Position numbers and translations under genes: made by a program. The notes below the pieces were generated by a model, which searched no databases, was not told where the DNA came from, and saw only the letters and a program-made list of their open reading frames with translations. DNA of 45,107 nt, the filler included, from Jimgerdemannia flammicorona (lineage: Eukaryota): NCBI GenBank assembly GCA_003990765.1. It is 2 parts of 2 records of this genome, joined end to end, with 100 filler letters (N's around TTAATTAATTAA, not from the genome) between each part and the next. Parts side by side here need not be neighbours in the genome. Positions count along the whole stretch, not along the records: positions 1 to 22,504 come from RBNJ01001260.1; positions 22,605 to 45,107 come from RBNJ01001261.1. The stretch is one strand, 5' to 3'. Numbering within the stretch: position 1 is the stretch's first letter; each line of letters opens with the position of its first letter. This document shows positions 12,084 through 22,614 of this stretch, piece after piece.

Positions 12084-13522
12084 TGTAATGTGCCGGCTCA
12101 ATGGAGGCAAATTACAAGGTTGGGGGTTGATGTAGTTTGGCTTGAGCCCCCAGTTACTTTGTCAAAAAGCAACAAAATGTTCTTGGTGTTTAGCGGTATA
12201 ATAGTCAAGATCTGGATACTGTGTGAGCGGTTTCCTTTTTGGGACAGTTCTCTGGGTGTAGTAGCGATTTGTGTGTGAATGGACTTCCTTCTTGGGTCAA
12301 CTGGGAAGGGTACAATTTGTGTAGCATGAATGGTTTCCTTCTTAAGTAGTGATCTCTGATTTCTGCGTGATGATCTGTCAATTTAACGGCTTTCCTTCTT
12401 GGGTGACGGGCGATCTTTGTGTAGCGCGGCAGATTCCTTATGTGGGATATTCTGATAATTTGGCAGATAACTCGATTTGGCTCACTGGGAATGTAAGGCG
12501 TGGGTTCTTCTTCTGGAATAATACTGGTGGTGGGTAACTTAATAACTCAGGCTCACTGGGAACAATGGGTAACTCGGATAACTTGGGTAACTTGGATGTT
12601 GCGGATCAGCTTCAACTGGGAATACTACTTGAATGATGCGAGCTCTTCTGAATCGGGCTCTTCTGGGAATGCAAATAACTCGAAAGTGGCGGATAATGTG
12701 GATTTGGCAGGCTTCTTGAAAATGGCGGCTTAACTGGGAATTAACTCAGATGGCACGGATTCTTCCTGAATCGGCAGGCTTCTAACTGGAAAACGGGTTG
12801 GCTGCTTGGAAAGAGTCTCTTGGTGAAGTTACATCAAAGACTGGCTTTGTTTGCATGGGGTTACATTGTAGACTGGCTCTACTGTAAAGTTGCATCAGAA
12901 ACTGGCTTGAGCAAGGTGACTTTCTCTTAGGCAGCGTAAAAGGTAGAAAAGGCAGAAATCTTCAGGCTTATCTGGCAAGTGAACCAATAATAATAATTCC
13001 AAGGCGGCGAAGTTCTCCTTGAACTTAGGCAGCAAATCTTCAGGCTTATCTGGCAAGCGAACCAAAAGTTTCTCTTCAAAAGGCAGCGAAGTTCTTCCTG
13101 AACTTAGGCAGCAAAATCAGCTTTGTATTGGAAAGTGGACTAGAGTGGGAATAAGGGGACCAATGCTCAATCTTTAGAGGCTTCTTTGGTTTGCACTTCA
13201 ATTCGGACTGAGGTTTATTCACTCTTGTCTCTGGGGTAATTTATACAAGTTGGTTGCTATCTGGTTACTATGTGGCTAACTATAGATCTGCTACTTATGG
13301 TAGGTGTACAGAGTCTGTATGATGTATAGGACCTGTACAGTGTACAGAGTCTGTATGGTGTACAGAGTCTGTACAGATAAACAGACCCTTTCTGGTATGT
13401 CTGACTATTTATACAGTTTTCCACAGCAATGGTTGCTGGTTACTAAGCTTTGTGTTCACGTCATCTTTGTTCGCGTCATCTGGTTAAGATATGATTCAGG
13501 TAGTACGTCTTGGCTTGTCACA
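12084..13522 (-). repeat. 3' LTR of element B (about 1.44 kb)
   Basis: TG...CA ends; direct repeat of 21121-21862; preceded on the sense strand by G-rich AGTGGGGGCTGA (PPT-like, 13523-13534). Confidence 0.93.
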
Positions 13523-13561
13523 TCAGCCCCCACTGAAGGGTAGTCTGTCTCAGACTATTCT

Positions 13562-14076
13562 TCAGTCATCATCCCAGTAAGCATAGGCTACTTCTGCATC
13601 TATATCTGTTCCATCATCTTCATTGTCTGTACTGGGGTCACTCCATTCTATGGGTTCTTCTTCTTCTTTGGAGAATAGGATTTCGACAGAGTTGATGATG
13701 CTCAAATAGGTAACAGGGTTCATTCCTTGAATATCATTCAGGGAGAATTGTGCCTGTGTCAGGGCTGTGACATTTCATTTGTAAATGGTGTATAGTCTGT
13801 CTGCGGTGGTAGTGTCTCTTCTGGTCAGACCTGTGGTGTTCCTGATGTAGGTCTGTTCTGGGGCTGGGAGGTTCTGCAATTGTTCACCAATGCATAATAG
13901 GCCTACAGCTGGTAGACTTGTAGTAGGGGTCTGGCCAAGGTAAGATTTTCTTGGTGAACTTGAATCCTCTGAAGGGGGTTTCCATTGACTTGGCCGAATT
14001 GAGGTAGGGGAACTGGTAGGGCTTGGAAGGAGCTGAGGACCAATGTCTGGAGGCGCTGATCAATTCTTTGGCTCAT
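13562..14076 (-). pseudogene. Accessory ORF between integrase and the 3' LTR; unknown helical protein with an acidic tail
   Basis: MSQRIDQRLQ...QVYQL*AYY[frameshift]IGEQLQNLPAPEQTYIRNTTGLTRRDTTTADRLYTIYK*NVTALTQAQFSLNDIQGM...EEEEPIEWSD...YWDDD*. Confidence 0.65.
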
Positions 14077-14169
14077 GATGTAGGGGGGAAATATAGTTTG
14101 AGGTGATTGATGTATACTGGTGTCCTCAGGGTTCATCCATCCATGCTTCTTAAATAGATACTGGTTCCT

Positions 14170-15100
14170 CTGATATTGTGTATGAGATAAGGTTCTTCCC
14201 ATTTTGGTTCCAGTTTGGTGGCAAAGTTTGTCTCAATCATACTTCTCTAAACTAGGACTTGATCTCCAATCCTGATCTCCTGATCCTTTTGTTTTTGGTT
14301 GTAGTACTTCTTTTGCCTTTCCTGGGCTTTGATAATCTGTCCTTGGGCTTGATTACGTAACTGTTCTGCCTTTTTGAGGAGGTCTCCGAGATTCTCATGG
14401 TCAGTAGTTCTCGTTCTCTTGGCAAACATCATTTCGAATGGCTTTTGTTTGGTGGATGTGGCAGGGGTGTTTCGAATTTCCCATAGGATCTCAGGTAAGC
14501 AGAGGTCCCAATTGGTAGGATTGACATGGGCAAGTCCTTTCTTGATGGTCTGGTTCATCCTTTCTGTCATGCTATTGGTCTGAAGGTGGTATGATGTGGT
14601 CCATTTGAGGTGGATCTTGTGAATTTGGGCATAACTTGTGATTATGTTGTTGATGAATTCTGTGCCTCGGTCAGAGATGAGTTCTTCTGGGGGTCCATAT
14701 CTGAGTGTGAGTCCATAGAGGAGGCCTACAATAGTCAAGACATCTGCGATTTCCATTGGAAAAGCCTTGGGCCACTTGGTCAGATGTTCTACAAATACAA
14801 GGATATATTTGTTTCTTCTTTGTGTAACTGGTAGAGGTCCAATTACATCTACTCCCCATCTCTGAAAGATGTTGTCTGGTGGTGCAATGGGTTGTAGTAG
14901 TGCTTGATAGTTCTTCCTTCCTTGGTACTTCTGGCAGGTGTCACATTTCTGAATGATGTCTCAGACTTGTGCTCTGAGGTGGGGCCAGTGTTGATACAGT
15001 TTTCGAATCTTGTCTTCTGTACTTGTCTGTCCTTGATGGGCCTTCTGATGTTCTTTACAGATAAGATCTTCTTGTGCCTTGATGGTCTGAGGAGCTTCCT
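14170..15100 (-). pseudogene. int: Integrase of element B
   Basis: Zinc-binding HHCC remnant, LISDRGTEF, TTSYHLQTNSMTERMNQTIK, IRIGDQVLV. Confidence 0.95.
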
Positions 15101-15136
15101 TTAGGGTGTAGTTCCTCAGGACACCCTTCTTCTGAT

Positions 15137-16400
15137 TCATTGGGGCTGGTGGGAAAGTACATCAACATTGTTGTGAGCTTTCTCTGCTTTGTGGATGATG
15201 GTGATTTTGTAATCCTGAAGGATAAGAATCCAGTGGGCTAGGATTCTGGTAGATTCCTTGCGGTTGAATAACCATTTAAGGGCTACATGGTCTGTGATCA
15301 GGGTGAACCTTTTTCCAATGAGGTAATGCTTGAACAGGGTGACCACCCATATGACTACAAGACATTCCAGTTTGGTGCTACCATAGTTCATTTGCTGCTG
15401 ATTGGTAGCTCTGCTTGCATAAGCTATCACATGGTGCTGTTGGTCAGGTCCTTCTTGGGCTAGAACTGCTCCTAGGCCATCTTTGGAAGTATCTGTATAC
15501 AAGATGAATGGCTTCTGTAGATTGGGGCGCACAAGGATTGGTGCTGTAGTCATGCGGTTCTTGAGTTCTCTGAAGGCTTTTCCTTGTGATTCTGTCCATT
15601 TGAATGGTACTCCTTTCTTGAGAAGGATTTGGATTGGGGCAGTGATTTGGGCAAAATCTTTGATAAACCTTCTGTAGTAGGATACTAGTATCAAGAATGA
15701 TAGTGTTTCCTTTGGAGTCTTGGGTACTGGCCAATTGTTGATCTTCTCGGTTTTCTTTGGGTCTGCATGAGTTCCTTCCTTTGAAACCATGAATCCTAAG
15801 AATTCAAGTTTCTGTTTCCCAAAGTAGTATTTCTTTGCATTCAATCTCAAGTGATTCTTGCAGGTGAGCTTGAAGAATTCCTCTAGGTGGTGCAGGTGTT
15901 CTTCAAAATTTGCTGAATAGATGTTGGAATCATCCATATATACAATCAGACAGTGGTGGATCAAGGGAGCATAGACTGAATTCATCATCCTCTGGAAGGT
16001 GGGGGTGCATTGCAGAGTCCAAAGGGCATTCAGAGGTATTCAAACAGTTTTCCTAGAGCAAGGAAGGCTGTCTTTTGAATGTCCTTAGGGTCCATGGGGA
16101 TCTCATGGAATCCTGCGAAGAGGTCCATACTGCTGAAGTATCTGGCATCTTATAACTGGTCCAAAAGGTCATCAATTCTGGGTAAAGGATAAGCATCCTT
16201 TTCGGTGACTGAATTGAGTTTTCTGTAATCCACACAGAGTCTCCATCCTCCTTTCTTTGGTACAATAAGTATAGGGCTGGCCCAGGGGCTGGTAGAGGGT
16301 CGGATGACTCCATTGTCTAAGAGTTCTTGAATGTGCTCCTTTTCGAATGTTTTCAAGTGATGGGGTATTCTATAGGGTTTCTGCCGGATGGGTGTTGCAC
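15137..16400 (-). pseudogene. pol: Reverse transcriptase and RNase H of element B
   Basis: [66 protein letters not shown]. Confidence 0.97.
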
Positions 16401-16949
16401 TTCCTGTATTTATACTGTGGTGATATGATGGATTGTATGGCAGGTTTCCATAATCGGTGGTGAAGATATCTTGATATTTGTTGAGAAGTTCTACTAGTTG
16501 TTGCTATTGTTGAGGTGTCAATTCTTCTCTGATGTTGGTGGAAGGCTTCACTGTCTCCTGGGTCGCAGAGGGGCCTTTCCTTTCTTCTGGGACCTTTTGC
16601 CATTTCCTGATAGGTTTAGTTCATAAACTTCCCTATGAGTTCGATTGAGAAAAGGTACCAGATGTCCTATGATGGTTCCTTTTGGCAAGATGATAGTCTC
16701 CCAACTTTGGTTGGTTGCTTGGGAGTGTACCGGGTTCATTTTGTCAGGGAATGTGTGTCCCTCTATGTCCAGATGTGGAATGTCTTCCTTGGGTTCAAAG
16801 AAAAGGTTTCTGGGGTCAGGTAGTGCAAAGATTTTGAAGGTAGTTTGATCTCCGGGCTCCAGGATGAGATTCTTGTGCAGTCTAACTGGTTGCTGGTACA
16901 CTTGCTGGGGAACATTTCTCTTGAGGTGGTTGACTTGAAGGAGATATAC

Positions 16950-17360
16950 CTCCTTTCTGTCTGAACTTCCAAATCCTTTGGCTTGCCTTGTTCCTTCAGT
17001 TAGTTCAGAGACTTCCTGTAACTGTGGGGTCTTGACCTTCATGAAGACTGCTTGGGCAATCTTCTGTCCTCTAATGATTTGGTACCATTCTGCACTGCTA
17101 TTGTGTAGGATGACCTTGATTTCGCCTGTATATCCAGGGTCAATAGTTTCTCCTTCTACAGTTATCCCTTGTCTGGTAAGTCCAGACCTTGAGGTCAGTT
17201 GAATATAAGCTCCTTGAGGTGGCTGCATGGCTAATCTGGTTCTGACTATGAAGGTTTCTCCAGGCTTGATAGATTCATCCTCTAGGCTATAAAGATCATA
17301 TCCTACATCCTCTGGGTGGGCTTTGGTCGGGGGTTTGGCCTTTGGGTGCAGCAGGGCATA
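16950..17360 (-). CDS. dut: Trimeric dUTPase domain of the element B polyprotein, within ORF 16548-17591
   Basis: All five motifs are open: DVGYDL, SRSGL, ETIDPGYTGEIKV, GQKIAQ, RQAKGFGSSD. Confidence 0.95.
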
Positions 17361-18689
17361 CTGGGAAATATCCTTGCTGAGTTCGGGCTTTCCTAAGGCT
17401 GAAGCTCCACTGGCAGAGAGCCTCCAAGCTCTGAGGTTGAGGTGTGGCCATCTGGCTCCAGTAGAGGGGTCTCGGAGGTAATTGATTCCCCTTCTTCCTA
17501 TAGGGTCAAGGGCTTCCATGAAGTTGGTGGCATCTTCTGCCCATCCTTGGTGGGTTGCATGTCTAATGAGAGCTAGGATGTCTTCTCCCAAGTCATAGAT
17601 CTTGAGGACTCTTTTTCCTGGCTTCTTGGTCTGGCTTTTTCGGATCTGGCTTTTTCTGATCTGGCTTCAGTTGTCTCCTTTCTTCAAAGTGTGCACTGCA
17701 ACATCATAACTGAGATGAATCTTCTGATGTCTGCAGTCTCGGCAGTCAGGGTGGGTGTCTCCCATGGTTACAATATCCCATTGCTCAGAAATAGTGTTCC
17801 TGGCTGTTTATCTCCTGTTGTCTTGGGAATCGGTATCCATCTTGATCATAGGTGGGTGGAAGGGTAGACAAGGGATATATTTCTGTTCGGGTAAAGAAGC
17901 CTTGTCCTCTAAATCGACTTTGTAACCTTATAGTGACTTCTTGGAAGGTGGTAGACTGTGCAAGAGTAGTTGGGGGTTCTGGTCTCTGGGGTCTCTGTCT
18001 TTCTTGTTGGTCCAACAGATGACACTGATAGCAGTAGTCTCGGGGGGAGTGGAAGACCATTTGATGTAGACATCTTCCTAGCCAGAAAGCTTTCTCTTGG
18101 TGGGTTTCTTTCTTGGGGATAATAGTGATAGTACTGGGTCCTTCCTCTGTATTCCAGGGGTCATTGTCTTCAGGTGGTGTCCAGCAAGGGTCATCCCAGG
18201 AGATGAGTTCAGAAACTTCTCCTTCATCAGGTACTTCTTGTTCAGGAACTTCTTGGTCAGAAGTTTCTTCTTCCTCGGATGATTCTTGATCCCAAATGGC
18301 TTGTACTTCTGCAGCTTCGGTTGTAGGGGTTTCTAGAACATGCCTGCATTTCTTCTTCTTCCTTTGGCACTCTGGGCAAGCTGTGCCAGGCAATTTCCTT
18401 GTTCCTATGATCTTGGAGGAGTGCTCGGGACACTTGTGGCTCTTGAGGCATGTAGGGCATCCCCTGGCTTCTCCTGCAATAGCTCCAATGGTGATAGGGA
18501 TAGTGTTCTTGGCCCACACATTGTCTTCTAGCCTGTCATCCACCAGATTGATTCAGGGATTGAGTCTGGGATCATTTCCATCTTCAGATTCTTCTTCCTC
18601 TTCTGTAGTAGACTCCTCACTGCTGGCATATTCTTCCTGAATAGTGACCTTCTTCTTCTTCTTTGATTGCTCATAGCTGGTTACCTTAA

Positions 18690-19030
18690 CTCTGTACTTC
18701 TTGCCTTGGTAGTCGAACTTGAGTACTTGTTGGCCAATATCAATGACTGCATTCATTTCCTTCATCCAGTTGGTGCCAAGAATCATGTCATAGGTGACAG
18801 CTTCTGTGACAACAGCTTTGGGGATGGAGAACTGAATGTGTCTAAGGGAGATAGTGATATTTCGTACTTCTCCAAGAGGTTGAGTTCGGGCTCCATCTGC
18901 CACTATGATACTGAGGTTGGATGGTCCATCAATGGGCCATTGGAGGGTGTCCAGGAATCATTTGACAATGACATAGACAGCTGCTCCTGTGTCTATGAGG
19001 ATTTTTGCTTTTTGTCCTCCAATATCTCTA
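18690..19030 (-). pseudogene. pro: Aspartic protease of element B
   Basis: KILIDTGAAVYVI ... YDMILGTNWM. Confidence 0.93.
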
Positions 19031-19479
19031 TGTTGATAGGTGCTGACATGTCTTTCAGCTCCTTGAACAGAGATAGGAGCTGGTTCTTGCTGTGGGATTG
19101 GAACTCGGCCAGTGCTAGACCTTGTGGTTCTCAGCAATTTGTTTCGGACTCCCGCTGGTGTCAATTGCAAGAACTGCAGGAGAGGGACTTCCATCTTGGC
19201 CTCTTGAATCTTCTGCCATACTTCATTGTAGATATCTCTAGGCATGGTCTTTGGGGTGTACTTCTTCTTAGGCTTTGGAGCAGTAGGTTCCCATTCTTCT
19301 TGTTCCATTTCTTCATCTTCTGGTGGCAGCTCGTTTGTCTCGGGGACAAAAGGTGAGGGAGTTCGGGGAGGTGTTTCTACTTGTTCCTCCTCATGTTCTT
19401 CATCTTCTTCTTGAATAATTCTTCTGCTAATGTTCCTGGATGGTCTTCCCACAGGTCTCTTTCTTTTTTCTGCTGGGTA

Positions 19480-21085
19480 GACTGTCTTTCAGGTGGTAAC
19501 CTTGGTAGGGTACAAGTCTAGGTCACTGTAGTCTTCACTGTTGCTTGCTTCCTCAAAATCTTCAACAGGATGGGCTTCAGTCTTCTTGTACTGGGTGTCA
19601 TTCCTTCGATTTGGTGGTTCTGAGTCTCTTCGGTCACTTCTTTTGTTGTCACATTCAGTAGCATAGTGTCCAAATTGTCCACAGTGAAAACATTGGACTT
19701 GGGCTCTGTCTCAGACAGGGTACCTTCTTTCTTCTTGCTGGTAATTCCTGTTATCTCTTGGTGAGTAACCTTGGCTTCTCTGTGGTAGGTATCCTCTATT
19801 GTCTTGGTAGCTCTGATTTTCACGTATAGTGAGTTTTTCAATCTGTCCAACCAATCAGTCCAACTTGGAGCTGAGGTCTTGGATTTCACTTCTATCCTTC
19901 TTTCCTTCCTTGGCTGGCCTTCTTTCTTCAGACCTTTCTTGCCCTTGAAGGAGTCCTTGCAGGGCCTCGACCAGGATATCTTCTTTATCTTCCTTCTTAT
20001 CATGGTCACTCCATGTAGTTCCTTGCCTGACATCAAAGAATCCTTGGGCTGTATCTACTTGCTCTTCAGACCTTCTGATGCCTAGGGTGCAGACATGCTG
20101 GGCAATATTCAGGGGTATTCCATTCATGAAGGTCATTGGACCTATGATGTCTTGGTTGGTGGCATTGAACCTGGCAGAATGTATTCTCTTCTGAATTCTT
20201 GTAAAGAAGGCTCTGGGTAATTCTCCAAGGTTCATTTTCATTCCCATGATGGATTCCTGAGCCTTGTGTTAGGTTTCATTTCCTGCATACTTTTCTATGA
20301 GCCAGTAGACCATGGCCTGATATTCTAGCTCATAGGAGACTGCTGCTTGTATCTGTCTTGCTAGTTCTGAATCTGGGTTGTTTGCTGTTCAATGGAAAAT
20401 TCCTCTGGCTGGTTCTCTGAGCTGAGCTTTGTAGATGGCGATTTTTCTTTCATCTGAGAGATTCCTTAAGGCTGTGATTCCTTCGATTCCATCAAGGAAT
20501 TCTCTGGGGTCTTCCTCTGGGTATCCTGCAAAGATTGGCAATGAGGTGGCCATTTCTTCGTCACTTTCTTCTGATTCTGGTTCAAATTCGGATTCTGATT
20601 CTAATTCACTTTCTGAACTATCACTAGAGACCAGAGTGCTTGGGTATCTTGAAGATGGTGTTCCAGTCCTTGGGTGGGGTGGAATAGGCCTAGGTATTCT
20701 TGTAGGAGCTACCTCTGGTTCTGCAAGGGGTGGTGGTAGGGGTTCTATTGGTGAAATTGGTGGGACTGGTGTGGGGTGTCTGGCTGTGAAGTATTTGGCC
20801 TGTGTGATAAGGTCTTCTAGCTCTTGTGCAAGTTCTCCAAAATCTCTAGTGGGGCTGCCTGTATTGTCTGGTTGATCTGGTTGATCTGGTTGGGGATTTC
20901 GGGCTATACTGCTTCCTGCTTCTGATTGGGATCCTTCTGATGCTGGGTAGTTGACAAGTCTTGAGGTGATTACTTCTCTTTCTGTCCAAATGCTAGTGAT
21001 GACTGGTTCTCCTGTAGTAGCAGAAATTGGTGTTGTATCAAATGTATCCAGTTTGACTATGGGTTCTTGTGAGCTGAAAAGTCAT
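19480..21085 (-). pseudogene. gag: Gag of element B, with CCHC zinc knuckle
   Basis: MATSLPIFAGYPEEDPREFLDGI capsid start; knuckle QCFHCGQFGHYATEC at about 19650-19700. Start position is approximate. Confidence 0.85.
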
Positions 21086-21101
21086 GTTGATTTTGAAATC
21101 T

Positions 21102-21118
21102 TCCCAGTTGAGCCCCCA
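21102..21118 (-). promoter_or_regulatory. Primer-binding site, tRNA-Pro-like
   Basis: TGGGGGCTCAACTGGGA lies 2 nt after the LTR end and resembles the tRNA-Pro PBS TGGGGGCTCGTCCGGGA. Confidence 0.75.
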
Positions 21119-21120
21119 AA

Positions 21121-21862
21121 TGTAACATGCTGGCTCAATGGAGACAAATTACAAGGTTGGGGATTGATGTAGTTTAGCTTGAGCCCCCAGTTACTTTATC
21201 AAAAAGCAACAAAATGTTCTTGGTATTTAGCAGTATAATAGTTAAGATCTGGGATACTGTGCGAGTGGTTTCCTTTTTGAGACAGTTCTCTGGGTGTAGC
21301 GGCGATTTGTGTGTAAATGGACTTCCTTCTTGAGTCAACTGGGAATAGTACAATTTGTGTAGCATGAACGGTTTCCTTCTTGAGTAGCGATCTCTGATTT
21401 CTGCATGACGATCTGTCAATTTAACGGCTTTCCTTCTTGGGTGATGGGTGATCTTTGTGTAGTGTGGCAGATTCCTTATGTGGGACGTTCTGATAATTTG
21501 GCAGATAACTCGATTTGGCTTACTGGGAATGTAAGGTGCAGGTTCTTCTTCCAGAATAATACTAGTGGCGGGTAACTTAATAACTCGGGCTCACTGGGAA
21601 CAATGGGTAACTCGGATAACTCAGGTAACTCGGATGTCACAGATCGGCTTCAACTGGAAATACTACTCGAATGATGCGAGTTCTTCCGAATCAGGCTCTT
21701 CTGGGAATGTGAATAACTCGAAAGTGGCAGATAATGTGGATTTGGCGGGCTTCTTGAAAATGGTGGCTTAACTGGGAATTAACTCGGATGGTATAGATTC
21801 TTCCTAAATCGGCAGGCTTCTAACTGGGAAATGGGTTGGCTGCTTGGAAAGGGTCTCTTGAT
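21121..21862 (-). repeat. 5' LTR of element B (visible part)
   Basis: Aligns to 12084 to about 12824; differences are mostly C/T and G/A. Confidence 0.93.
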
Positions 21863-22504
21863 TAGTGCATCGCAACCCGAGCCGACCCATGTACATATTT
21901 AACCTGACCCAGAATTATACGTCACCCATCTTTAACCCGACCCGGAATTATATGTCACCCATCTTTAACCTGATCCGGAATAATACGTCACCCGTCTTTA
22001 ACCCGACCTGGAATAATATGTCACCCATCTTTAACCTGACCCGGAATTATATGTCACCCATCTTTAACCCGACCTGGAAACATACGTCACCCATCTTTAA
22101 CCCAACCCGGAATTATACGTAACCCATCTTTAACCCAACCCGAGAAATATACATGACCCGACCCGAGAAATATACATGACCCGACCTGAGAAATATACAT
22201 GACCCGACCCTGACCCGTATTTAACCCGACACAGACCTGTCTTTAATCCGCCTTTAAGCTATAAGGCACCAAAAAAAAAATATTACACATCTAAGATATA
22301 TATTTAGAATAAACAAACAGAAACATAATTAGGAATCAGAAATCAAAATGAAATCGGAAATAAATAGGAAGTAAATCAGGAAAATAAAGAACTTACCGGT
22401 GTGAACAGATCTTACTCTTCATCGCTATAAACCAACTGATCCTCCTCTTCATCGCTATAAACCAACTGATCCTCCTCCTTCTCATATTCTGAACCATCTT
22501 TCTC
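21863..22504. mobile_element. End of a hAT-like DNA transposon inserted in the 5' LTR of B
   Basis: Starts TAGTGCATCGC, the same TAGTGC type of terminus as the 7893 MITE; subterminal ACCCGACCCG repeats; acidic minus-strand tail EDQLVYSDEEEDQLVYSDEE* at 22412-22504. The other end is lost in the gap. Confidence 0.65.
21899..22215. repeat. 33-bp tandem repeat (about 7 copies) followed by a 22-bp repeat (about 3 copies)
   Basis: TTAACCCGACCCGGAATTATATGTCACCCATCT units, then ACCCGAGAAATATACATGACCCG-type units. Confidence 0.92.
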
Positions 22505-22604
22505 NNNNNNNNNNNNNNNNNNNNNNNNNNNNNNNNNNNNNNNNNNNNTTAATTAATTAANNNNNNNNNNNNNNNNNNNNNNNNNNNNNNNNNNNNNNNN
22601 NNNN
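22505..22604. other. Assembly gap with an artificial TTAATTAATTAA linker (stops in all six frames)
   Basis: N run, TTAATTAATTAA, N run; 100 bp in total. Confidence 0.95.
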
Positions 22605-22614
22605 AAAAAAAAAA

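Larger units (their letters stand above)
12084..21862 (-). mobile_element. Near-complete Ty3/Gypsy element B: LTR, gag, PR, Cys-rich insert, dUTPase, RT, RH, IN, extra ORF, LTR
   Basis: 3' LTR 12084-13522; 5' LTR from 21121, cut by a hAT-like insertion at 21863; all pol motifs present in Gypsy order. Confidence 0.95.

Noticed and set aside
13562..14076. env gene
   Set aside because: Too short, with no signal peptide, furin site or transmembrane helix.
21899..22141. 33-bp repeats resembling a CRISPR array
   Set aside because: The units are head to tail with no unique spacers and no cas genes; they are subterminal repeats of a DNA transposon. The 85-aa ORF over them is a repeat artefact.
22549..22560. 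TTAATTAATTAA palindrome (PacI-like site)
   Set aside because: Artificial scaffold linker inside an N run. Adjacency of the two halves of the window is therefore unproven.
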